Shown here piece by piece: positions 19,897 to 29,534 of a DNA stretch of 64,000 bases. The position numbers were made by a program, and so were the translations under genes. Location of the stretch: positions 1 through 64,000 of IMG/VR virus record IMGVR_UViG_3300035664_000006; one strand, given 5' to 3'. The notes below the pieces were generated by a model. The model searched no databases and had not been told where the DNA came from. It worked only from the letters and a program-made list of their open reading frames with translations. How positions within the stretch are numbered: the stretch's first letter is position 1; the number at the start of each line of letters is the position of its first letter. The stretch comes from a virus.

Positions 19897-20343
19897 TTAC
19901 AATAACTTTAAATGACCAGTTATTGGGTCAATATGTTCTGGATAATCTGGACCAATCGCTAAACAAGTATAAGTTGGTACTCCACCGAATTCAGTTAATC
20001 CTGCATCTTTAATTAATTTTACATTTACACCATTATCAATGGCTTGTTGGTAAATGTCAAGCAATTCTTCTTCACTATCAACTGAAACACAAACTTTGGT
20101 AAATCTACCTTCTAACCATTCTTTAAGAGGTTGTTTATTTAATTGGATTACAGCACAATTTCCTACCTGAGATTCATATTTGTGATAACCATCGTTATAA
20201 ACGATAGATGCATCTAAATATATCTCGCTGTAGTTAAGAACAGCGCCTAATGATGCGTGGCTTGCTTGAGCTGCAATTTTGCCTTTTCTCATATTAAGGT
20301 CTTTTCTAACTACAATTACTTGTTTTGGTTCATTATTAGCCAT
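19897..20343 (-). CDS. Peptidyl-tRNA hydrolase Pth2
   Basis: KQVIVVRKDLNMRKGKIAAQASHA, DAGLTE, TCLAIGP, ITGHLKLL. Confidence 0.93.
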   Translation of the reverse strand: MANNEPKQVIVVRKDLNMRKGKIAAQASHASLGAVLNYSEIYLDASIVYNDGYHKYESQVGNCAVIQLNKQPLKEWLEGRFTKVCVSVDSEEELLDIYQQAIDNGVNVKLIKDAGLTEFGGVPTYTCLAIGPDYPEHIDPITGHLKLL

Positions 20344-20359
20344 ATTTTTTCTCTTTTTA

Positions 20360-20474
20360 TCAGGATTTGCTTTTTACGGTTTCCTATCCACTAGAAGAAC
20401 TCTTATAATTAAGAGTGTAGGATTCGAACCTACGTTCCCGGCCTGGAATGCTAATTGTATGCTGTATAGATCCT
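20360..20474 (-). ncRNA. CAGCA-stem RNA 13, permuted tRNA module
   Basis: T arm GTAGG-TTCGAAT-CCTAC, closed acceptor ACTCTT/AAGAGT, D arm TCTTCTAGTGGATAGGAA. Confidence 0.85.
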
Positions 20475-20483
20475 AAAATTGTT

Positions 20484-20759
20484 TTACTTCAGCTGTGATT
20501 TTTTGAACATACGGTCCAATTTAGAGTCTAATTTAGACTCAATTGTCTTACAATGTTCAACACATTTCAAGTGTTGTTCTTTTGCAGCCGATTGCATCTG
20601 ATTACAGTTATGTTTCAATGTTTGAATTTCTTCATTTGTTAACTTTGAATTAGCTTCTACAACATCGATTTCATGCTGTAATTTAGCGATATCAGAGTTT
20701 GTAGCACAACCAGTTAACCCAATTAATGCAACTGTAAATAAAATACCTAATTTTCTCAT
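20484..20759 (-). CDS. Coiled-coil lipoprotein (Lpp/OprI-like)
   Basis: Lipobox LTGC, heptad repeats, KLDRMFKKSQLK end. Confidence 0.7.
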   Translation of the reverse strand: MRKLGILFTVALIGLTGCATNSDIAKLQHEIDVVEANSKLTNEEIQTLKHNCNQMQSAAKEQHLKCVEHCKTIESKLDSKLDRMFKKSQLK

Positions 20760-20784
20760 GTTATACCTTTGTTAATTAAAAATT

Positions 20785-20877
20785 GCAGGATGATATGTTC
20801 TTGGCGGAGCCGAGGGATTCGAACCCCCTATAGATACCCACTTATCGGCTTCGGGATTACAGTGCTGTAATCATCCT
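20785..20877 (-). ncRNA. CAGCA-stem RNA 14 with T arm and embedded acceptor-GCCA
   Basis: AGGATGAT/ATCATCCT; GGGGG-TTCGAAT-CCCTC-GGCTCC-GCCA. Confidence 0.8.
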
Positions 20878-21330
20878 TTGTTATACAATTAAGATAATCG
20901 TTCTTTTTCTGATTCCATAAAGCGTGTTCGTTTTACAAGTGATAAAACGAATTCTGACTCAGCGATTGATTTGGAATCAAGGTCAATTCGCAAGTTCAAG
21001 AAGTAAGAAATATCATTATGAACCAGTTTAATGGAACTATAGTCTGTTACTTCCGCAGTGAATGATTTTGGAATTTGAATTACAATATCCAATACACGTT
21101 CAAAGTGTTTATCCGCATCAACAAAGTATTGTTCAACAAATGTTTTTAAGTGATGTGGTGTATTTCTTAATGTTTCGGATTTATAGTTTCTATAATTTCC
21201 GACTGAAACTGTTACCGCTTCAATAAGGTCAGTACCAGTGTATCTAGGATACTCAGGGATTAAGTTGTAAGGTTTTTTTACTTCTTGTTCAATTACTAGC
21301 ATTATATCATTCCGATAATAGTTAAAAAAT

Positions 21331-21404
21331 TGGCAGGGATACACGGATTCGAACCATGGATGACTGGATCAAAACCAGTTGTGTTACCATTACACCATAT
21401 CCCA
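21331..21404 (-). tRNA. tRNA-Gln(TTG)
   Basis: Cloverleaf, GCCA. Confidence 0.92.
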
Positions 21405-21413
21405 ATTGTTATT

Positions 21414-21533
21414 ACAGGTTAGCATTTTAAGTTTTCCCAATTAAACTACATTAAGTGACCAACCTTAACGCTGGGATTCGAACCCAGAACTTTCTTTTAC
21501 AATAAGATTTAATAAAATTGCTGAAACTAACCT
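21414..21533 (-). ncRNA. CAGCA-stem RNA 15, fully permuted tRNA (anticodon, T, closed acceptor, D)
   Basis: TCTT-ATTGTAA-AAGA; CTGGG-TTCGAAT-CCCAG; CGTTAAG/CTTAATG; TAGTTTAATTGGGAAAAC. Confidence 0.85.
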
Positions 21534-21852
21534 ATTGGTCGTATTCGCTGGTGACTACCCTCGAATATTCTTTAAATTATTTCTATAAAGTCTTCTATCA
21601 TACTTTTTGCTTTCTTGTATGATTTTTCATTCCACAATATGTCAGAATTATTTGGAGCATGTCCAGGATTTCCACCTAAATGACTGGTACTTATCAAGTA
21701 CTCTCCTGCATCAGGATAAAAATAATTTATAAATGCTTGCCCATACCTATAGGTTGGAACTTTTACTAACATCCATGTAAAATGAGCGTTAAATTCTTCA
21801 TACTGTTGTGTTGTTATTGAAAATTCAGTCATGTTATATTTAAGTTAAGATT

Positions 21853-21917
21853 ACAGGATACACATTTTTACGGGTTTGATTAGCTGTCAAATGTATTATT
21901 GTTGCTGTAGGTATCCT
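21853..21917 (-). ncRNA. CAGCA-stem RNA 16, Ser(GCT)-like anticodon-loop cargo
   Basis: AGGATAC/GTATCCT; TTTGA-CAGCTAA-TCAAA. Confidence 0.8.
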
Positions 21918-21968
21918 AAAACTGTTTATGCTATGTATTATACAGCATTTTAAATCATTGTCAATGTT

Positions 21969-22514
21969 TTAGTTAAAAACAATTGCCAATGTAAAACGGT
22001 GTTGTGGACCAATAATTGATTGTGGTCTAATTGCATGTGGAATATTTGCATCGAAAACAATTAATCTTCCAGGCGTATACGGTGAAGTGAATTGTACTTC
22101 TTTATTATCTTCTGTATAAAATTGAGTTTCACCGTGCCAGCCATCTTGCCAATCTAAATTTACATAATACAATAATACTTTTTTTTGATTATGTATGTGT
22201 GTAAAATTCACATCACTAGGGGTTGAGCAATTGACAACTGATTGATACATAGTCAGACCATCTATCATTTCACTTACAACCGTATTTTCAATATATTTCA
22301 TAATACCAATATTATCAATATCTTGTTGAGAAAATACAGAATGAAAAAAATAATCATTAGCTTTTTTATCAGGTTGATTTGTATCAGACCATCCAATTCT
22401 GAATAAGGAGTTTCTACAAAAATCATATGCCTTACTCCTAAAATCCATTGGAAATAATCCATCAAATACTTCTATTTTTTTATCATTTTCTAATGATAAT
22501 GAACGATGCTTCAT
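21969..22514 (-). CDS. 2OG-Fe(II) oxygenase
   Basis: HxH, LYYVN..W...GET, PGRLIVFD..IPH, RFTLA. Confidence 0.85.
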   Translation of the reverse strand: MKHRSLSLENDKKIEVFDGLFPMDFRSKAYDFCRNSLFRIGWSDTNQPDKKANDYFFHSVFSQQDIDNIGIMKYIENTVVSEMIDGLTMYQSVVNCSTPSDVNFTHIHNQKKVLLYYVNLDWQDGWHGETQFYTEDNKEVQFTSPYTPGRLIVFDANIPHAIRPQSIIGPQHRFTLAIVFN

Positions 22515-22651
22515 TTTAATTCCTTATCTAGTATATCTACGTTGTCAATATTTAATTTGGGGGATGATGTTGGACTTTAACCAAATCTTTAAACTCTTCG
22601 TCTAATATGTTCATTACTATGTAATTGTTACAATACACATCTCATAAACAT

Positions 22652-22726
22652 TGGAGCGGGTAATGAGATTCGAACTCACGACATTCAGGTTGGCAACTTG
22701 AAGCTCTACCACTGAGCTATACCCGC
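22652..22726 (-). tRNA. tRNA-Gly(GCC)
   Basis: Cloverleaf, TCCA. Confidence 0.93.
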
Positions 22727-22758
22727 TTAAAATATTAAGGTTGCCCAGCTCTAGAGTT

Positions 22759-22835
<77 letters not shown>

Positions 22836-23008
22836 ATAATTCTATTTAAACGGAGTTTTTTCACAGGCTAATGCATGATGATATGCTATTTTCATAGCCT
22901 CATATTTTTCCGTTGCTTCGCTTAATTGTTGCTGTAATTTTAGCATATCTTGTTCTACATAGTCAAGATTTCTTTTAACGATATCCGATGTTCTTTTACC
23001 TGCCATAC

Positions 23009-23383
23009 TTACCTCGCAAATCTTTTAGATTTTAACAATGACGATAATTCTTGTTCAAATGAAAAAGGTTTATTATCTTCTGGTCTATCGTAAATATAAT
23101 CTGGAACAATGATACCGATACAAGTTAGTGCATTGTCTAAACTAGGTTCATTAAAAGTTGCCCAAGGCAAGTTATTCGAAGAATGTTTAAATAACCACAA
23201 TAAACCATGCATTTGTTCACTAGTACCGCCATTCAACACATACATTGTTTTATGGTTCTCTGCCCAAACTGTAAGTATTTCATTACCAGGGAAATTATTG
23301 TTGATTTCCTGTAAGCAATGTGCAGCTTGAATTCCATGTTGTATGGAACTTAGGTACATATTTGTTATAAAGTATCCTCTCAT
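23009..23383 (-). CDS. Phage Pth2-like protein
   Basis: IQHGIQAAH, KTMYVLNGG, FNEPSL..ALTCIG. Confidence 0.65.
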   Translation of the reverse strand: MRGYFITNMYLSSIQHGIQAAHCLQEINNNFPGNEILTVWAENHKTMYVLNGGTSEQMHGLLWLFKHSSNNLPWATFNEPSLDNALTCIGIIVPDYIYDRPEDNKPFSFEQELSSLLKSKRFAR

Positions 23384-23400
23384 ATATTCCTCTGTGTGTT

Positions 23401-23475
23401 TGGAGGTAACGGGTAGATTTGAACTACCGACCAACTCCGTATGAAGGAGCTGCACTACCACTGTGCTACGTTACC
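23401..23475 (-). tRNA. tRNA-Met/Ile2(CAT), elongator type
   Basis: Paired 1-72, loop TTCATAC, CCA. Confidence 0.85.
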
Positions 23476-23494
23476 ATTATATAAACTAATTAGG

Positions 23495-23568
23495 GGTGAC
23501 CGATGGGACTTGAACCCATAAAAACCTGAATCACAATCAGGGTCGTCTACCAATTCCGACACGGCCAC
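23495..23568 (-). tRNA. tRNA-His(GTG), no CCA, 10-bp flanking stem
   Basis: Loop TTGTGAT, C73; flanks ACTAATTAGG/CCTAATTAGT. Confidence 0.87.
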
Positions 23569-23591
23569 ACCTAATTAGTCTAATCTTATAT

Positions 23592-23698
23592 TAAACTACA
23601 CTACGGAAGGATTCGAACCTTCGGTTGCCGTCGCATTCAACACACCAGTGTACCGTTACGAATCGAACGTATCTTACCACCATTTATAGTGTAGTTTA
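23592..23698 (-). ncRNA. Stem-enclosed RNA with two T-arms
   Basis: TAAACTACACTA/TAGTGTAGTTTA; TACG-TTCGATT-CGTA and GAAGG-TTCGAAT-CCTTC. Confidence 0.65.
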
Positions 23699-23714
23699 TT
23701 ATAAAATCATATAG

Positions 23715-23825
23715 TAAAGTGCATTAAACAAGGGAAAACGAATGTTATACATCCTCCTGTCTCCTGCCCTCAAGCTCAACACCCTCCTGGCCAGTGATGT
23801 CAAGGTGACTGATTAATGCACTTTA
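23715..23825 (-). ncRNA. Stem-enclosed RNA with repeated CAGGAG
   Basis: 13-bp terminal inverted repeat; three CAGGAG motifs. Confidence 0.55.
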
Positions 23826-23831
23826 ATATAA

Positions 23832-23944
23832 AATCATATAATAAAGCATACTACACGGAATTGAACCGTCTTCATTCAAGCCCGGAGCTCAAACTGTGAT
23901 CCACACAACGCTGATCAGACGCTAATATGCTTTATTATATGATT
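23832..23944 (-). ncRNA. Stem-enclosed RNA with one T-arm
   Basis: 19-bp terminal inverted repeat; ACGG-TTCAATT-CCGT. Confidence 0.6.
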
Positions 23945-23945
23945 G

Positions 23946-24578
23946 TTAATTCCATTTCATGAAATTTATTAATTCCTGTATTTTTTCTTTTTTAGATTCA
24001 TCTGATAATTTTTTAAATTCGGCCCATCTTATTCTAATGCCAGTCCATCCCAGGTCAGATAAAATTTGAGTTCTAATATTATCGTGTGCAACGATACGTG
24101 TGTCAACGTAATGCTGTTCCCCGTCTATTTCCAAGTATAGTTTTTCTTGTATATTTGCAAAATCAACTATATATCTGTTAATATTATGCTGAAATTTTTT
24201 ATTTACAATATGGACAAAACATTCTAAAAAGTATTGTTCAGGATATGAAATTTTGGACGAATGATTTAAAACATATGGTATTTTATCTGGGTTTAATTCT
24301 AAATATTTTTTTCGATGTTCAGAAATCTTCTGTTTTGTTTCTTCGCTATGTTTTCTACCTGTACTAATTATTGACATCTTTTTTCGATGTTCATCGGAGA
24401 TAATATATTCAATTCCAGTTTCTTTTGCTTTTATATATTGATTTTTACCTTTCTTTCCCAACATACCATATGATGGTTTAACTATAATACCATTTGGATT
24501 ACTTTTACATCTTATTTCATGTTGTGTTAATGAATTTTTATTTTTACATTCTCTACCGCAATATTTGCACTTTAACAT
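23946..24578 (-). mobile_element. NUMOD3 + DUF559/Vsr-like homing endonuclease
   Basis: Zn finger, HSEETKQKIS, YIVDF...EIDGEQH...GW..IRI. Confidence 0.8.
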
Positions 24579-24638
24579 GTATATCTCCAATACTATTTTA
24601 TTTATCAATTAAAGTCAAGTGCTTTAACATATTAGTAT

Positions 24639-24715
24639 TGGTGTGGGTGAATGGATTCGAACCATCGACCTAGAATTTAAAAGATTCTTGCTACTACCTA
24701 CTGAGCTACACCCAC
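24639..24715 (-). tRNA. tRNA-Lys(TTT)
   Basis: AGAAT-CTTTTAA-ATTCT, ACCA. Confidence 0.92.
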
Positions 24716-24781
24716 CAAATTTTCTTGCCTTCTTTTTCTGTTTTTGTCTTTCGTTTCATAATTATTTCCTATGTTGTTATA

Positions 24782-24844
24782 ACAGGATACGTTTTTACTA
24801 GTTGAATTAAAAGTTCAGTGTAAATTGTTTGCTGAATGTATCCT
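24782..24844 (-). ncRNA. CAGCA-stem RNA 17, Lys(TTT) anticodon-loop cargo
   Basis: AGGATAC/GTATCCT; TGAA-CTTTTAA-TTCA. Confidence 0.82.
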
Positions 24845-25222
24845 AAAACTGTTTATGCTGTTAATTATACAGCATTTTTATACGTTGTCAATTATTTTAT
24901 CTGGATATTGTGCATCACGGCGTTCAATTTCAGCATATGGACTGTATCCAGGCTGTAATTCCGTGATATTAGTAAATCCATTGGTTTCTGTAATCAAACT
25001 ATCATTAGAATCGATAGAACCACGATATTTACTACCATAACTACCTTCTAATTTACCAGTACTCGGATTAAGATCACCCCATTTAGTGTGATTACCACCG
25101 ATAACTTCAATATAGTAGGTTTTACCAGTTCGGTATGAATAAACAACATGTCTACCGGTATCTTCAGTTTTTGTAAAAAATTTCTTTCGGGTTTCTTCGT
25201 CCATAATAGTTTCCTTTGTGTT

Positions 25223-25296
25223 TGGTGCCTCCTGATGGAATCGAACCACCGCAACCAGTGTGTAAGACTAGTGTTCTCCCATTAAACTAAGGAGGC
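25223..25296 (-). tRNA. tRNA-Val(TAC)
   Basis: Loop CTTACAC, ACCA. Confidence 0.92.
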
Positions 25297-25612
25297 TAAA
25301 ATTGTTGATTAGACAGTTCGTTCTTCAAGTACTTGTTGTTCCCATTTACTTTTTAAATAGATCTTTTGACCATGCAACCAATATTCTTCTTCTGTGAAAT
25401 TAGTAATAACAGCAGGGCCATGTTCATTATGATATTTCCCATCTTGGCAATAACAAGTTCTGCTGCCATCATATCTAATAATTGCTGGACCATCGGTGTT
25501 ATGCGATCTTCCATTCTTCATAAAAACTATTGTTGTATCAGATACGCTAATAGTGAGTTCTGGATTGTCTGGGTTAATATATTCCATAATTACCAAATTG
25601 TAAAGTTAAAAT

Positions 25613-25688
25613 TGGTGCTACCGACTGGGATCGAACCAGTATAGCTGAATTTTCAGTCCAGTGCATGAACCATCACTGCCACAGTAGC
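25613..25688 (-). tRNA. tRNA-Phe(GAA)
   Basis: Loop CTGAAAA, ACCA. Confidence 0.92.
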
Positions 25689-25695
25689 AAAATTA

Positions 25696-25750
25696 TCAGG
25701 ATACGCTTTTTCATTTTTCAAGAATGTTTTTTAATTGCTGCATGTATCCT
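25696..25750 (-). ncRNA. CAGCA-stem RNA 18, Ser(TGA) anticodon-loop cargo
   Basis: AGGATAC/GTATCCT; CATT-CTTGAAA-AATG. Confidence 0.8.
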
Positions 25751-25773
25751 AAAACTGTGTAAATTATAACGTA

Positions 25774-26304
25774 TTATTTGAACATTTGCAAGATATTTTT
25801 CATAGCATCTGTATTACTATCCCATGTTTGTCCGCCAAATCGTCCGTATTCTATACGGTTATCAGCAGACCATTTATTATAATAATCGGACAATTCACCA
25901 TTGCATTCCAATAGTTCATCACCGTAATTAATTATCATTACATTAGGATTCATGCAATCACGAATTGAATAAACCTTCTCAAACGCTTCTTTAATACCCA
26001 TGCCATGTTGTATTAGTACTAGAATAGCAATTGCTGTACTTCTACTAACACCAGCATGACAATGAATTAAAACTTTATCAGTATCAGTAAATGTTTTACT
26101 GAATTCTAAAATATTTTCAATATTTTGTAAAGTAGGATGTTGATATCCTTCTAATGGTACTTCAATATCATGAAATCTTTCTACATGATGTGGAACATCA
26201 CATTCAAATACTTTGGTAGTTGGATCAACAATGCTAATGACTTTAGTATGGGTTGGTGCCCATAAACTTGCTTCGTATAATCCTGATATTGTTATATCTA
26301 ACAT
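25774..26304 (-). CDS. Tyrosine/dual-specificity phosphatase
   Basis: HCHAGVSRS (CX5R). Confidence 0.9.
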   Translation of the reverse strand: MLDITISGLYEASLWAPTHTKVISIVDPTTKVFECDVPHHVERFHDIEVPLEGYQHPTLQNIENILEFSKTFTDTDKVLIHCHAGVSRSTAIAILVLIQHGMGIKEAFEKVYSIRDCMNPNVMIINYGDELLECNGELSDYYNKWSADNRIEYGRFGGQTWDSNTDAMKNILQMFK

Positions 26305-26382
26305 TTTTTACCTCAAAAATTGGCGGGGCTATGGTTGCTGTTAAAATCCACAACTGGATTTCATCTTTTTTGCCCCATTAAT

Positions 26383-26456
26383 TGGCATTCCCAACGGGTG
26401 TTGATCCCGTGCTATAACCTTGAAAGGGTTATGTTCTACCGTTAAACTATGGGAAT
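26383..26456 (-). tRNA. tRNA-Glu(TTC), atypical T loop
   Basis: Loop CTTTCAA, T loop ATCAACA, GCCA. Confidence 0.82.
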
Positions 26457-26576
26457 ATAAACTTTTATATAGAAACACACTCGTTTCTGAGCTTTCGGTA
26501 TGTATGCCTACACTTTAGGATAGCCCCTGCGTCCAGTTGCTCATTATCCCTACCGTGAATGTGTTTTTATATAAAT

Positions 26577-26655
26577 TGGTCTCCGTGGTAGGATTTGAAC
26601 CTACGAATCCTCTCGATCCCAAATCGAGCGCTCTACCAAACTGAGCTACACGGAG
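26577..26655 (-). tRNA. tRNA-Pro(TGG)
   Basis: Cloverleaf, ACCA. Confidence 0.92.
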
Positions 26656-26668
26656 ATAATTAAAAAAA

Positions 26669-26751
26669 TGGTGGAGAAGGTAGGAATCGAACCTACTTGT
26701 CAGAGACGGGCGGGTTACAGCCGCTTGCCCTACCATTAGAGCATCTTCTCC
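26669..26751 (-). tRNA. tRNA-Tyr(GTA)
   Basis: Loop CTGTAAC, long variable arm, ACCA. Confidence 0.9.
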
Positions 26752-27090
26752 ATAATTTATAACACTCTCCCACTATGTGTTTAGACGGTTCGTATCCGAA
26801 TTGAGAGTGTATATTAAAACACACTCACTTTAACTTGTCAAGAACCGTAATTCTTAATGCTGATCTAGTATGTTTTAATATTAAATCTAACAGCACCATA
26901 CACAGGCGGTCCATATATCTTTACGATACCGCTCTTTGGGATAAGCAAAGGCTCGCTGCCCCAATTAAGTATGCTCTTATCTAATAGCCAAGCTATTAGA
27001 TTTAAATAACTTTTCCCTTTGTCGCACTAGGCAGTCTGAAGAGTACTCGACTGATTCACAGCGGTCCAGTTTTTATTATACAGTGATCTC

Positions 27091-27654
27091 TTACACTGTT
27101 GTTTGCATTAGAACTTTTGCTTTTTCTACTGAAATTTTAAACCATTCACCTTTTCTTTCTTTAGAATGAATACTTAAAACATTTAGCAAATGATTCTCTG
27201 CATATTTTCTGTCAGATGTCCATTTTATGTCAACATAAGAATATGAGTTTGTTGGATCATAGATATTATATGTACTGATTCTTGATTCATAATCAGTAGT
27301 CATTCCAGCTTTAATCCATCCATTCCAAATCGGATTTGATATTAAATATATAAACCCTTCTTTAATTGAAGATTGTTCCCTTACAATAGTTTTCTCATCT
27401 TCTATTTGTTGTCTTATTCTACATAAATGTTCATATAACGTATTCTGTATTCCTTTATTATTGATAATATTCTGTTTTGTTTTATCATCTCTAATTAAAG
27501 GTTTTATAGAATTTAAAATCACCCGTTTCTTACCCAGTTTTTTTATCTTCTTGTTATAAATATTTTCACGAATACGTTGAAAATTGCTTTTATAATCTTT
27601 ATTTCTTATTAATTTAGCCATACTAATTATACGTTGTGTATCTCTGTGTGTCAA
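27091..27654 (-). mobile_element. T5orf172/GIY-YIG-like endonuclease
   Basis: GFIYLI..P...WIKAGMT...R...EWF. Confidence 0.8.
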
Positions 27655-27681
27655 CTACTTTTTTTTAAGGAGTCTAAAACT

Positions 27682-27762
27682 AAAAAACCCTGAGAGTTTT
27701 CACTTTCAGGGTTCTTTGAAAAATTAACTTATAATATTAAATTATGTCTTCAAAGAACCCTC
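27682..27762 (-). terminator. Terminator/antiterminator pair (attenuator)
   Basis: Terminator AACCCTGAAAG..CTCTCAGGGTT-TTTT (27682-27713) overlaps a 13-bp antiterminator AGGGTTCTTTGAA/TTCAAAGAACCCT. Confidence 0.8.
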
Positions 27763-27882
27763 ACGATACTCCGGTGTGCGATCATTATTAATTAAACTAA
27801 ATACACACCATACAGACGCAATCGAGCCGCCTTTTAAGGTTGATTGTAGTTTAAATTGTTGATGTAATGATTGCATTTCCAT
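27742..27882 (-). CDS. Putative attenuator leader peptide (46 aa)
   Basis: MEMQSLHQQFKLQSTLKGGSIASVWCVFSLINNDRTPEYREGSLKT; AAAGGA upstream; promoter TTGACA-17-TATAAT at 27934-27962. Confidence 0.7.
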   Translation of the reverse strand: MEMQSLHQQFKLQSTLKGGSIASVWCVFSLINNDRTPEYREGSLKT

Positions 27883-28081
27883 TTGTATCAATTTTCCTTT
27901 TATTCATTCAGCTGACCCCAACTGATATGATGTATTATACTATTATTTATCTTTCATGTCAAGAACTATTTTATTTCTTGTAATAGTATTTTTATTTAGC
28001 TACTTGTTATAAAAAGTATCTAATATGTGTATATTTTAGCACTTTTTTTAAAAATTGTCAATAATTATTTTTATTTATCTA

Positions 28082-28369
28082 TCATGTTCTAGCTGGTAGT
28101 GTTTTTTGTACTCTAAAATAGGGACTTAACACTTTCATAAATGTTTTAAAGCTATAGATACCATCACCTGGTCCATCACCTTGAAAAACATTAGCATACC
28201 ATGAATCTGGGTATTCAGCAATGAATAAATTTCCATTTTTCGATTTCTTAATATGTTTTTTAACGAACTGTTGTAATTCTTGTGGTATCTTAGTACCAGT
28301 AAATCCACCGAAATGTAGATTTACTGCAGTTGGTTTATAATTATTTTCTAAAATTTGATGTATTTTCAT
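28082..28369 (-). CDS. Hypothetical protein, possibly virion-internal
   Basis: N-terminus MKIHQILE. Confidence 0.55.
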   Translation of the reverse strand: MKIHQILENNYKPTAVNLHFGGFTGTKIPQELQQFVKKHIKKSKNGNLFIAEYPDSWYANVFQGDGPGDGIYSFKTFMKVLSPYFRVQKTLPART

Positions 28370-28971
28370 TAATCTACTACCGGGTCAATTAAAACTGGAA
28401 CATTTCCACGCATCATGATATTCCCACTGTGTATATCTGGTTGTGAATTCTGAAATATATCAGCATTCCACATAGCACTGATTATTTCATAGATTCCTGG
28501 AAACTGTTTTTTTAAAGCAATTTCTTCTGGAGTCCACTCCCCATCATATGATACTTTATATACCATTTCTTGAATATTATCCATGATTTCTTCAATTTTA
28601 ATCCATTCATCGCGAGTAACTTCTCGTAATTTCTCTAGTCTAACTGCATAAGCATCATTTCCTATACGGATATATGAACCTTTTATTTTAGGTAGATTAG
28701 GATTATTTTGATTACGTCTAGCATAATTGAAGAAAGTAAAGTATGATTTATCATTTTTGAATATCTTGAACACCCAAGGATATGAAGGATGTTCATATGC
28801 AGATCCATATGATCCAGATCCGAGATGTCTAAATCCATAATCCTGCATAATTAACTGCCATTCATCCAATGATGCATATAAAGGTTTATCCCTTATATCC
28901 CCACCCATAATTTCCTTTGCTTTTTTATAAAGCCCAATGTTTTTATAACCAGTCAATTCATTTATTCTCAT
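28369..28971 (-). CDS. Protein-kinase-like protein
   Basis: LGSGSYGSAY, VFK, DIHSGNIM, IDP; start MRINEL after TAAATA. Confidence 0.8.
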   Translation of the reverse strand: MRINELTGYKNIGLYKKAKEIMGGDIRDKPLYASLDEWQLIMQDYGFRHLGSGSYGSAYEHPSYPWVFKIFKNDKSYFTFFNYARRNQNNPNLPKIKGSYIRIGNDAYAVRLEKLREVTRDEWIKIEEIMDNIQEMVYKVSYDGEWTPEEIALKKQFPGIYEIISAMWNADIFQNSQPDIHSGNIMMRGNVPVLIDPVVD

Positions 28972-29074
28972 AATGTATTTATTCATAGGAGGGGAACATG
29001 TTCCCCTGTTCATCGCTATCGCTCTTCACTATTCTCTTATTATCAATAGTAATAATTGTTTTTAAATACTATTC

Positions 29075-29500
29075 AACTAGATTACGAGCATACTTTGCCC
29101 CACAAAGGGGGCAAAAAATAAAAATTTCAACTGAGTTGACTTCACACTGATATTACACTATTACAGAGGCGGTCAGCCGGTACCTCGAAGTGCTGTCTTT
29201 ATCTGACGGCGGGTTCATTCATACATATCAGCGCACAAATGTCCGTAGGGTTCTTATCCCTTCTTTAGCCTATTTTTCCATTGCTCAAACATTCGAAATC
29301 GGTTTTACAAAGGCGTATCCGATCATCATCTACAACACGAGGTGTAGGTAGTCAAATGAGTCATTGCTTCAGCACAATTGTTTCCATCTACGCGAAGGAC
29401 ATTCCGTATCTCTGGGCACTATTTTTCCTTACCAGTGCAGGTTTTATCTGAAGTGTATTGCCTAAGTTGTGCCTGAGTTTGAGCCTTAATATTTGACTAT
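29075..29500 (-). ncRNA. Large structured non-coding region
   Basis: No ORF >=60 aa, GC-elevated, many hairpins (e.g. GAGGTACCGGCTGACCGCCTC; CTACACCTCGTGTTGTAG). Confidence 0.45.
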
Positions 29501-29534
29501 TATACTCCTTACTCAGGCATTTGTCTAGAACTTT

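Noticed and set aside
22863-22947. Apparent extra CAGCA-stem copy
   Set aside because: Lies inside a plausible 54-aa ORF (22842-23006) and the stem is imperfect; likely chance.
26812-26880. Resemblance to Cas9 tracrRNA (CAGCAT...CAAGTTAAA)
   Set aside because: Only short AT-rich matches; no repeat array or cas9.
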